NCBI GenBank assembly: GCA_015056105.1 | Contig: SVGX01000003.1 | Coordinates: 128 to 64,127 of the forward strand | Origin: Clostridiales bacterium | Lineage (GTDB): Bacteria > Bacillota > Clostridia > Christensenellales > CAG-138 | Direction of reading: 5' to 3' | Length of the DNA stretch: 64,000 nucleotides | Shown: positions 46,924 through 54,654 of the stretch, piece after piece | Position numbering within the stretch: position 1 is the stretch's first letter | Layout: each line of letters starts with the position of its first letter | The notes under the pieces: model-generated | Told to the model about the DNA's origin: nothing | The model's input: only the letters and a program-made list of their open reading frames with translations | Databases searched by the model: none | Translations under genes and position numbers: made by a program

Positions 46924-47229
46924 ATGGCAGGAGTCTTTGTTGAAGTCGATACAGCGCAGATGGAGCGGGATATTGAATCCGTAAAAGAGCGGCTTCAAGC
47001 GGTGCGCAGTGCGCTTGAAGCGGTATATGCGCAGATAGAAGAGCTGGACGCCATGTGGGATGGCCCCGCAAACGATGCATTCCGCAAACAGTTTGCGTCC
47101 GACCGGGAGGAGTTTGCTGCCATGTGCAAGGAGATGGACAGCCTCGTGGAAAGCCTGACTTACGCCAAGTGGGAATACGAAAAGTGCGAAAGCCGGGTGA
47201 ATGCAGCGGTGGCTGCTATTCGGGTCTAA
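46924..47229 (+). CDS. WXG100 family protein
   Basis: 101 aa with central MWDGPANDAF and C-proximal EYEKCE. Strong RBS. Confidence 0.75.
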   Translation: MAGVFVEVDTAQMERDIESVKERLQAVRSALEAVYAQIEELDAMWDGPANDAFRKQFASDREEFAAMCKEMDSLVESLTYAKWEYEKCESRVNAAVAAIRV

Positions 47230-47239
47230 GGAGGAAAGC

Positions 47240-47671
47240 ATGGAACACAAAGAGATCAACATCCCCTTTACCAACCCCGATTCCGGCAAGAGCCTGCTGT
47301 GGTTCCCGGAAAACCTGCTGGAGCAGATCGGCTCTGCCCTTACACACCTGAAAACAGCCACGATGACCATCCGTACCTCTCCTGAGGTAATGCAGGCAAA
47401 GGCTGCCGAGGTGCATACCGCTGCGGCGGAGATCCGCCGGGAGTTTGAAGATCTGATCCGCGCTGTGGAAAGAACATCCGCCTATTGGAACGGCAACGCG
47501 GCAGAGCAGCACCGCCGGCGCGCCGCTGCCATGAAACCCAAAGCGGAGGATATGATCGCCTGCCTTGAGCAGCATGCGGCAAACCTGCAGCAAATCGCAG
47601 GCCTTTATACGGCGGCGGAAACAAAGGCGAAAAGCACGAGCGCTGCACTGCCCACGGATGCCATCGAGTAG
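47240..47671 (+). CDS. WXG100-like protein with about 40-aa N-terminal extension
   Basis: Start after AAGGAGGAAAGC. YWNGNAAEQH motif, LYTAAE, and C-terminal tail ALPTDAIE. Confidence 0.7.
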   Translation: MEHKEINIPFTNPDSGKSLLWFPENLLEQIGSALTHLKTATMTIRTSPEVMQAKAAEVHTAAAEIRREFEDLIRAVERTSAYWNGNAAEQHRRRAAAMKPKAEDMIACLEQHAANLQQIAGLYTAAETKAKSTSAALPTDAIE

Positions 47672-47682
47672 GAGGAAAGCGG

Positions 47683-47997
47683 ATGAAAACGAAAGCCGAG
47701 ATCGAGTTCAATTTTGAACAGGCGCGCCGCAGGGCTGCAGAGCTGGAGGAGATCGCACAGGATCTTGAAAGCCTTGCCAAAAGGGATATGGAGAACACCA
47801 GGGCGGAGCTTGCCGCCGCCTGGAAGGGGGAGAGCGCACAGCTTTTCTGCGGCAAAAGCGATAAGCTGCAGCAGGATATCGCTTCAACGGCAAAGGAGCT
47901 TGCGGCCGTAGCCGGCTCCATCCGTGAGATCGCCCGCCTTGTTTATGAGGCGGAGATGCAGGCGCTTCAGATCGCCGCACAGCGGGACTATGTATAA
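47683..47997 (+). CDS. WXG100 family protein
   Basis: 104 aa with AWKGESAQLF motif. AGGAGGAAAGCGG RBS. Confidence 0.7.
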   Translation: MKTKAEIEFNFEQARRRAAELEEIAQDLESLAKRDMENTRAELAAAWKGESAQLFCGKSDKLQQDIASTAKELAAVAGSIREIARLVYEAEMQALQIAAQRDYV

Positions 47998-48094
47998 CGA
48001 TCGCTTCGGCGCGAAGCGATGAAGAGGAAACCGGCGCTCCTTTTAGGGGGCGTAACAATACAGAGACCATCAATCCAACAGGAGGAAGAGAACC

Positions 48095-48400
48095 ATGGCA
48101 AACGGATATGTTGTTACCACTGCAGCCCTTCGCCGCACGGCACAGGAGCTCAGGGATCTGAACAGCCAGTACAGGACCCGTGTGGAATCCCTTGCGGGCC
48201 TTGAGCAGGAGCTGCGCAGCATGTGGGAGGGCGAGGCAAACATCGCGTTTCAGCATGCATTTGCCAGCGATAAGGTAAACCTTGACAATTTCTATTCCGT
48301 CATTGAGCGGTATGTGCAGGCGCTTGAGACTGCTGCTGCGGAATATGAAAAGGCAGAAGCGCAGGCCACCCAGACCGCAACCACCCGCACCTATCGCTGA
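48095..48400 (+). CDS. WXG100 family protein
   Basis: 101 aa with MWEGEANIAF motif and EYEKAE. CAGGAGGAAG RBS. Confidence 0.75.
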   Translation: MANGYVVTTAALRRTAQELRDLNSQYRTRVESLAGLEQELRSMWEGEANIAFQHAFASDKVNLDNFYSVIERYVQALETAAAEYEKAEAQATQTATTRTYR

Positions 48401-48439
48401 TAGGGTGCAGCCGGAGCAACGAGCGAAAGGAGACAAATC

Positions 48440-48754
48440 ATGGATGGTATTTTGAAAGTAACGCCTGCTGCACTGCGGGCAAAATCCGGTGAATTCGATC
48501 AGAACAGGGCTGCTGTGCGCGGTCTCATCGAGCAGATGAATGCCAAGGTCAGCGGTATGAACTCCGTTTGGCAGGGCGATGCGGCCACGGCCTATCAGAC
48601 TTCCTATAACGGCCTTCGCGATGACATTGAGCGAATGGACCGCATGATCGCCGAGCATGTGCGCGATCTCAACGAGCTGGCGGATGTTTATGCCAGGGCG
48701 GAGAGCGCAGTGGAAGCTGCCGCGCAGGCGCTTCCCAAGGATGCGATCCAGTAA
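48440..48754 (+). CDS. WXG100 family protein (most EsxA-like member)
   Basis: 104 aa. ILKVTPAALRAKSGEF..., VWQGDAATAY with W at residue 44, VYARAE, and C-terminal tail ALPKDAIQ. Confidence 0.8.
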   Translation: MDGILKVTPAALRAKSGEFDQNRAAVRGLIEQMNAKVSGMNSVWQGDAATAYQTSYNGLRDDIERMDRMIAEHVRDLNELADVYARAESAVEAAAQALPKDAIQ

Positions 48755-48770
48755 AGGGTAAAAAACAGCA

Positions 48771-48800
48771 AAGGCTGCCTCCTACGTCGGGGGCAGCCTT
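48771..48800 (+). terminator. hairpin after the last WXG gene (attenuator/terminator candidate, weak T-run)
   Basis: aaggctgcc / ggcagcctt 9-bp stem followed by gtgtg. Confidence 0.4.
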
Positions 48801-48838
48801 GTGTGCATGTCGGGAAGGTATATTGGGGGAGTGAGCTG

Positions 48839-50743
48839 ATGAAACGGATGATCATAGCCGCCCTGCTGGCAGTGGCTGCGTTTCTTTGTGCTGCATGCGG
48901 CCTGTTTCGGCCATCGCCGGAAAAGCAGCTGGGACTGCTTCTGGAGGATGCGGAGCGGCTCGAGCTTGCGGGCAATTATGAAGAGGCCGTTCTCAAATAT
49001 GAAGCTGCCATTGTGATAGAGCCGAAAAATGCGGCGCTTTATGCTGCTGCGGCTGCCGCCTATACCGAGATCGGCGACCGGGAAAATGCCGAAAAACACT
49101 ACAAGAACGCGATCCAATGCGAACCCGGCGCTGCAGAGCATTACCTTGCGCTTTCAGCGCTCTATGCCGCCGATGGGGATACGGGCGGTGCGGCGAAGGT
49201 ACTTCAGGCGGCGCATGTCGCCATACCGGAGGATGCTGACATCGTAAAGGGCATCAATGCCCTTGCGGAGGCAGCCTTCAGCCATTATCTCAACGAGCGG
49301 CTTTTGCCGCAGCGGGGACTTTCCTCCTTCTTCACTGTGGATATGGGCGGTTGGTTTCCCTGGCGGGCAGACGGCCTGATCGGCGCCTGCCTGTTCGATC
49401 TTGATCTTGACGGCATCGATGAGATGCTGCTGTTTGAGCATACCCTTGCCAACGATAAGACCGCACCCGCGGCGGGATACCGCACGGGAGAGTATGCACA
49501 GTATCTGGACGAAGGCACCGTGATACGTGTTTATGCCTATGAAGGCGGCATGGTCACGCAGAAGTCCTATATTATCCTGCCCAATGATTATTCCATCCAT
49601 GCGGAGCTTTTCCTTATCAAAGGGCAGGGGAAATGCTGCTTTGCGTTTTACCGGGAGGACAGCGAACACTATGATGAAATGGAAGTCTTTGCCTATGCGG
49701 AGCGGGGGCTTGAAACCGTTGTGGGGTATACCGCTTACGCGGGCGGCGTCGAAGCCTGGACCACAGGCGCAGAGCTGTTTCCTGCGGATGCGGCACTTCT
49801 TCGGGAATTTCAGCCCGGGGATGGAGACAGCGCACCTTATCTGCTGTTTACGATGCGGCAGTCGGAGTATGACTGGGATGAGATCATGAGTTATGAAGAA
49901 TTTGAAGCATCGCAGAAATACCCGGGCGTGCAGTCTGCTCTTGATGCACTTCTTCGCCCCATCGGCTTGAAAGCGCATCGTGATGCGAACTATGGCAGCA
50001 GCGGCGAAGTGCGTTTTTCCGCAATGCAGGGATACCAAAGGATCGATCTTTTGCGTGAGGTGCGTCCGTCCGATCAAAGCTGGGATTTTATCACCGACGG
50101 GCACCGCGATGTGCTTGGCGATGCTGTGCGCTGGCTGCCCCTTGGATCGGCGTCGGCGGATCCCAAGGATATGCGCGGCCGTGCGCTTGCCGCTTATGCG
50201 GCGCTTCTTCGCAGCGGCCCGGAGCTTTATGAGGGGGAAGGCTATTCCTATTCCCTTCTGCTTGATGCTTTTGCCCTTGTGGATATCAACGGCGACGGGA
50301 TAGAAGAGCTGATCGCCGGCGAGGTGGACGATCACCCATACGACGGCGTCATTTCGCAAGAGCCGAATGTGGACAACGTCAACATCTATACCTATACGGA
50401 TACTGGCATTCGTTTGCTGGATTCGGTCTTTATCTGCGCGCTGGAGCATGAGGGTACGGATAAACTCGACCTTGTGGACGGCTGCAGGCTGCTCACTTAC
50501 AATTACGGCACTTCGGGCTATCAGGGCTACTATTTCGGCGAATGGGATGGGACGGGCGAGCTTGTCTGGACGAGGTACAGCACATACCTTTCCGGTGATT
50601 ATGATAACGAGGTGACGGTTTATGCCCTTAACGAAGAGCCCATCAGCGAGCAGGAATTCAACAGCATGCCAATGGGCGATACGGTGCCCGTCAGATTTTA
50701 TTACAACAACGAAACGACCCGCGCGGAACTGCTCGGGGAGTAA
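48839..50743 (+). CDS. lipoprotein with TPR repeats and DxDxDG-type (FG-GAP/VCBS-like) motifs
   Basis: Lipobox FLCAAC, TPR (AGNYEEAVLKYEAAIVIEPKNAALY...), then FDLDLDGIDEMLLF and VDINGDGIEELIAG. Start trimmed to the ATG at 48839 after GGGGGAG. Confidence 0.65.
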   Translation: MKRMIIAALLAVAAFLCAACGLFRPSPEKQLGLLLEDAERLELAGNYEEAVLKYEAAIVIEPKNAALYAAAAAAYTEIGDRENAEKHYKNAIQCEPGAAEHYLALSALYAADGDTGGAAKVLQAAHVAIPEDADIVKGINALAEAAFSHYLNERLLPQRGLSSFFTVDMGGWFPWRADGLIGACLFDLDLDGIDEMLLFEHTLANDKTAPAAGYRTGEYAQYLDEGTVIRVYAYEGGMVTQKSYIILPNDYSIHAELFLIKGQGKCCFAFYREDSEHYDEMEVFAYAERGLETVVGYTAYAGGVEAWTTGAELFPADAALLREFQPGDGDSAPYLLFTMRQSEYDWDEIMSYEEFEASQKYPGVQSALDALLRPIGLKAHRDANYGSSGEVRFSAMQGYQRIDLLREVRPSDQSWDFITDGHRDVLGDAVRWLPLGSASADPKDMRGRALAAYAALLRSGPELYEGEGYSYSLLLDAFALVDINGDGIEELIAGEVDDHPYDGVISQEPNVDNVNIYTYTDTGIRLLDSVFICALEHEGTDKLDLVDGCRLLTYNYGTSGYQGYYFGEWDGTGELVWTRYSTYLSGDYDNEVTVYALNEEPISEQEFNSMPMGDTVPVRFYYNNETTRAELLGE

Positions 50744-50775
50744 GAACACGATAAGCTTGCGGAAAGGGAATCGGG

Positions 50776-52119
50776 ATGGCTGAGTTTTATGTCAAATCGG
50801 AAGGCCTTGACGCCTGTGCTGTGCGGTATGGGAAGCATACCGTGCAGCTTATGCATGCGCAGGATCGGATCCGCACCGTCAGAAATAAGCTGAGCGGCGC
50901 CTTGTGGGAAAAGTCCGGCCTGCGGGACAGCCTGAAAAAAACCGCTTCCGCCTGCGGTGACGGCGCTGCGGCCGCAGGCAAAATGGGGGTGGCGCTTTCC
51001 AAAGCCGCTAATTTATACAGCAAATGCGAGCGCGGCATCATCGCCTATGAAAAGGTGCAAAGGGAGCAGGAAGCGCTGAACGGGAAACATGAGGAGCTGC
51101 TTGCCTTTGTCAACGATCCCTACAGCAGTATCCTTTTTATCGATTTTAACCGCTACAGCGAGGAGATCAGCAATCTTGGCTTTAGTGATGCGTTGCTGCT
51201 GGCCGTCAATAACGGCTTTGGCCTGGATATCCTCATCGGAAATCTGCAGGGCAAGGATTACGAGACGGAGGTCATCAAAAGTCAGCTGGCGCAGATCCTC
51301 TGCAATATGGAGGGGCGAAGCGGCACCCTTGAAGTGCCAGATGAGGTCAAACTCCTTGTGGAGGGGCTGCAGGCGGGCGCCGAAAAGGGCCTTGAAAACG
51401 CGGATGACATCGCGGCGTTCCTTGCGGAAGCGGGCTTGAAGGATATCGATCCGAAGATACTCAAACAATACGCGGATATCCTCGACAAAGTGGATATCGG
51501 CCTCATTCTCGAATCCGGCGAAAAAGGCGTGCAGCTTCTCCAGTATGCCTTGACCGATTACCGGGAAAGCATCAAGACCCTTGAAGCTTTCCGCCAATTC
51601 GGCGGGGAAGGAAGCGTCAACGCGGCGGTGGATGATATGATCGCCCTGTATCAGAACAAGTTTATCGGCAGCCTGCAGCAAACGGCGGAGTTCGTGCATG
51701 AAAAAGTGGTGGAAAAGGGCGCGGAACTGGCCTTTGACGCGATGACGGGCGGCCTTTACAGCGCGGTGGATTTCGGCACGGAGCTTTTGATGGAGTTTTC
51801 CGGCCTGAGCGACACTGCGGATGCGAAGGAGTCGCTTATGGGCAACGCGATCCTTGAATACGATGTTTCTTCGGCCTATTCCGAGGCGCTCGAAGCCCTG
51901 CGGGACGGCAGCTTTACCGAGGCGGATGTGGATACCGCAAAGCGCATGTTCGAAATGCAGAAATCCATCAAGATCGCACAGTATGAAAACCTGCTGACGA
52001 TTTGTGATGATGCGCCCAGGGAAACAAAAAATGCCATCAAAAGCGAACTGGAGTTTATCAAATCGCTGCAAATGGATGTGGAGAGCATCGGGGCGGTGAA
52101 GCAAAGAAGAAATCAATAA
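50776..52119 (+). CDS. 447-aa all-helical protein with WXG100/LXG-like N-terminal hairpin (candidate T7SS substrate or adaptor)
   Basis: No signal peptide. The N-terminal 100 aa are helical, with LYSKCE at the end of the hairpin. The rest has no motif I recognise. Confidence 0.5.
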   Translation: MAEFYVKSEGLDACAVRYGKHTVQLMHAQDRIRTVRNKLSGALWEKSGLRDSLKKTASACGDGAAAAGKMGVALSKAANLYSKCERGIIAYEKVQREQEALNGKHEELLAFVNDPYSSILFIDFNRYSEEISNLGFSDALLLAVNNGFGLDILIGNLQGKDYETEVIKSQLAQILCNMEGRSGTLEVPDEVKLLVEGLQAGAEKGLENADDIAAFLAEAGLKDIDPKILKQYADILDKVDIGLILESGEKGVQLLQYALTDYRESIKTLEAFRQFGGEGSVNAAVDDMIALYQNKFIGSLQQTAEFVHEKVVEKGAELAFDAMTGGLYSAVDFGTELLMEFSGLSDTADAKESLMGNAILEYDVSSAYSEALEALRDGSFTEADVDTAKRMFEMQKSIKIAQYENLLTICDDAPRETKNAIKSELEFIKSLQMDVESIGAVKQRRNQ

Positions 52120-52142
52120 GGCATTGCCGGAAAGTTGACCCC

Positions 52143-52958
52143 ATGAAGAAAAAAATATGCGCAGCTGTTTGCGCTTTGATCATATTATTGTTGGCGGCGG
52201 GCTGCGGCACGCTGCCGGAAACCTTTGAAAATGAGAAAGAGATCGGACAGGAGGACAATATGGAAACGGTAAAGCTGACCAACGAGGAAAAAGAACTGCT
52301 TTGCAGCATGTATTCCGGAGAGGAGCGTATCTGCCGGGGCGATCTGCTGGACCATGAGATCGCGCTGCTGGAGCAGCTTCGTTTCGGCATGTCCTACCTG
52401 TCGGAAAAATACCCGAAGCATCGCTTTGAAATGACCGCCTGCATCCCGCAGGGCAAAATGGAGACGCATACCACCGTGTCCGTCTGTGCCGAAGGGGTGG
52501 ATGGCGTTTACACGCTGCGCCTTGAGACGCTCCCGGACGGTACATACCTTGCGGAGGATGATTTTTATGCTGTCACCATCCGGGAGGAATATACCGCCAT
52601 GCTCCGGGCTGCCGCCAAAGCGGCCGTGGCCGGGACCCTTGGCGTGTGGGCGGAGTTTCCGGGCCTTTACGGCATGGAATGCGGCGCTGCAGGATATGAC
52701 CTTGCAGCCGCCGCAAAGGATGGCAGCATGGTGTTTGCGGAGTGCGCCGTGTATGTGGACGGCCGCAGCGATGCTGCGCCCGATGCCGTTTCGGCAGCGC
52801 TGAAACAGGCGCTGGCGGATAAAGGCTTCCGCGGTAACTTCTATGTCTATGTGCTGGAAGAAGTGCCCGAGGACGATATCACGGATGAAGCCCTTCGTGC
52901 CTTTGTGAAGGAAAACGTGGGCGCCGATGCTTATGTGCGCGAAAAGTTTTCGCTGTAA
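52143..52958 (+). CDS. lipoprotein of unknown function (candidate immunity protein)
   Basis: MKKKICAAVCALIILLLAAGC lipobox. Sits between the helical protein and the hydrolase gene. Confidence 0.6.
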   Translation: MKKKICAAVCALIILLLAAGCGTLPETFENEKEIGQEDNMETVKLTNEEKELLCSMYSGEERICRGDLLDHEIALLEQLRFGMSYLSEKYPKHRFEMTACIPQGKMETHTTVSVCAEGVDGVYTLRLETLPDGTYLAEDDFYAVTIREEYTAMLRAAAKAAVAGTLGVWAEFPGLYGMECGAAGYDLAAAAKDGSMVFAECAVYVDGRSDAAPDAVSAALKQALADKGFRGNFYVYVLEEVPEDDITDEALRAFVKENVGADAYVREKFSL

Positions 52959-52982
52959 GCGGCGGGAGAGGAGGGCTATACC

Positions 52983-54632
52983 ATGGCACTGAGCAAAGAA
53001 CAGCTGCTGCTGCTTAACAACCTTATGTATCTTCCGGATATAAAAGCGGAGGATGGGCACCCCGTCAGCTATCCGATCCATAAGCTGCCCGATGATTATC
53101 AGACCGTGGGGGATATCGTCAACAACCTGCAGGCGAATTATGCCCATGTCGACAACAAAGGGGAATACGGCTCCTATACCTCCGGAACGGACTGGAAAAA
53201 CCTCATCAATGCCATCTCGCAGGATGAAACGCTGATGAACATGCAGATCGTTGCCACCCATGTGGATAATGGCCCCACCGGAGGCGGCGGTAAAAGCGCC
53301 CTGTTTGTGGACCCTGCAAACGGCGAAGCGGTAGTCACCTTCCGTGGCACAGCCAGCGGCGAGTGGAAGGATAACTTCGTGGGCGGCACCGCCACCAACG
53401 CGGCGGATGGTGTATCCACCCCCCACCAGCAGAACGCCCTTGATTGGTATGAGAGCCTCGATCTGTCCGGCTATGAGACCGTTACCGTCACCGGCCATTC
53501 CAAGGGCGGCAACAAGGCGAAGTATATCACCCTGATGGATGATTCGGTGGACCGCTGCGTTTCCTTTGACGGGCAGGGCTTTTCCGATGAATTTATCGAG
53601 AAATACGGCGATGCCATCACCATGCGCCAGCATAAGATCGAAAACCACAACGTGGATGGCGACTATGTCAACATGCTCCTCAACGATGTGGGCGAGACCT
53701 ATTATTACGATGCCTTCCGCGGCACGGACAGCTTCCTTGAAAACCACTGCCCCAATACGTTTTTCAAGTTTGACGCAAACGGCAACCCCGTCATGGTGCC
53801 GGGTGAGCGCTCGCCGGTGATCGCGGCGGTGGATGAGTTCCTCAACAGCCTGCTGCGCTCCGCTTCCCCTGCTCTCAAGAAACAGCTTCTTACCTTTGCG
53901 GGCGAGCTTGCGGACTGCGCCCTTGCGGGTGATTTTTCCGTTGATGACCTGATGGTCATCCTGCGGGATGAGGATTCCGTGGAAGCTGCCGGTTATCTTA
54001 TTGCCTATTTGCTGGAATACCCCACGGCCAATGCGGCCCATGACATCAAACAGTTCCTTTCCGATGTGGGGCTTGGCGATCTCAACTGGATCATCAGCGG
54101 CGTGGAGAAGCTGCTTGATTCGGATATTGCCGCCTGGATCGTGGAGCAGATCGCCGATGGCGGGGCCTGGGCGGTGGATGCCATTCCCGACTGGCTGTAT
54201 AAAAAGATAACGGGCTTTTTCGGCATCGATCTCAAAAAAGAGGATATCGTGTTCGTGCTGCAGCTGGTGGGTGCCACCTTTGATGCCAAGCAGCAGATCG
54301 AAGTGGTACCGGATTCCGGCAAGGATATCAGCCTGCCTTCCCTCGGGGGCACGCCTGCCTGCTTCAGCGTATATGCGGATACTCTGCGTGCGGCGGCGGA
54401 AAAGCTGGGGGAGGCCTCCTTTGACCTTGCCCGCAGTGCGGATGCCGTAACGGTGCAGCGGAAAAAGACGAGCCTTTTCCTCGGCGTGATCCGCATCCGC
54501 CTCGGCAGCATTGCAAGAAAGCTCGACAAGCAGAGCACCAAAGCCCGCAAAATGCAGAATACCCTCGCAAGCGTGGCAGAGCTGTATGAGAAGGCGGAAA
54601 AAGCCGCCGCAGCCCACGCAAACACAAAATAA
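52983..54632 (+). CDS. DUF2974/Mbeg1-like alpha/beta hydrolase (lipase/esterase fold) with C-terminal WXG/LXG-like helical domain
   Basis: VVTFRGTASGEWKDNF...TVTGHSKGGNKAKY (GxSxG). No signal peptide. The C-terminal 110 aa are helical and end ...ASVAELYEKAEKAAAAHANTK. Confidence 0.7.
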   Translation: MALSKEQLLLLNNLMYLPDIKAEDGHPVSYPIHKLPDDYQTVGDIVNNLQANYAHVDNKGEYGSYTSGTDWKNLINAISQDETLMNMQIVATHVDNGPTGGGGKSALFVDPANGEAVVTFRGTASGEWKDNFVGGTATNAADGVSTPHQQNALDWYESLDLSGYETVTVTGHSKGGNKAKYITLMDDSVDRCVSFDGQGFSDEFIEKYGDAITMRQHKIENHNVDGDYVNMLLNDVGETYYYDAFRGTDSFLENHCPNTFFKFDANGNPVMVPGERSPVIAAVDEFLNSLLRSASPALKKQLLTFAGELADCALAGDFSVDDLMVILRDEDSVEAAGYLIAYLLEYPTANAAHDIKQFLSDVGLGDLNWIISGVEKLLDSDIAAWIVEQIADGGAWAVDAIPDWLYKKITGFFGIDLKKEDIVFVLQLVGATFDAKQQIEVVPDSGKDISLPSLGGTPACFSVYADTLRAAAEKLGEASFDLARSADAVTVQRKKTSLFLGVIRIRLGSIARKLDKQSTKARKMQNTLASVAELYEKAEKAAAAHANTK

Positions 54633-54654
54633 AACGGTCCCGAAAGGAACTTTT

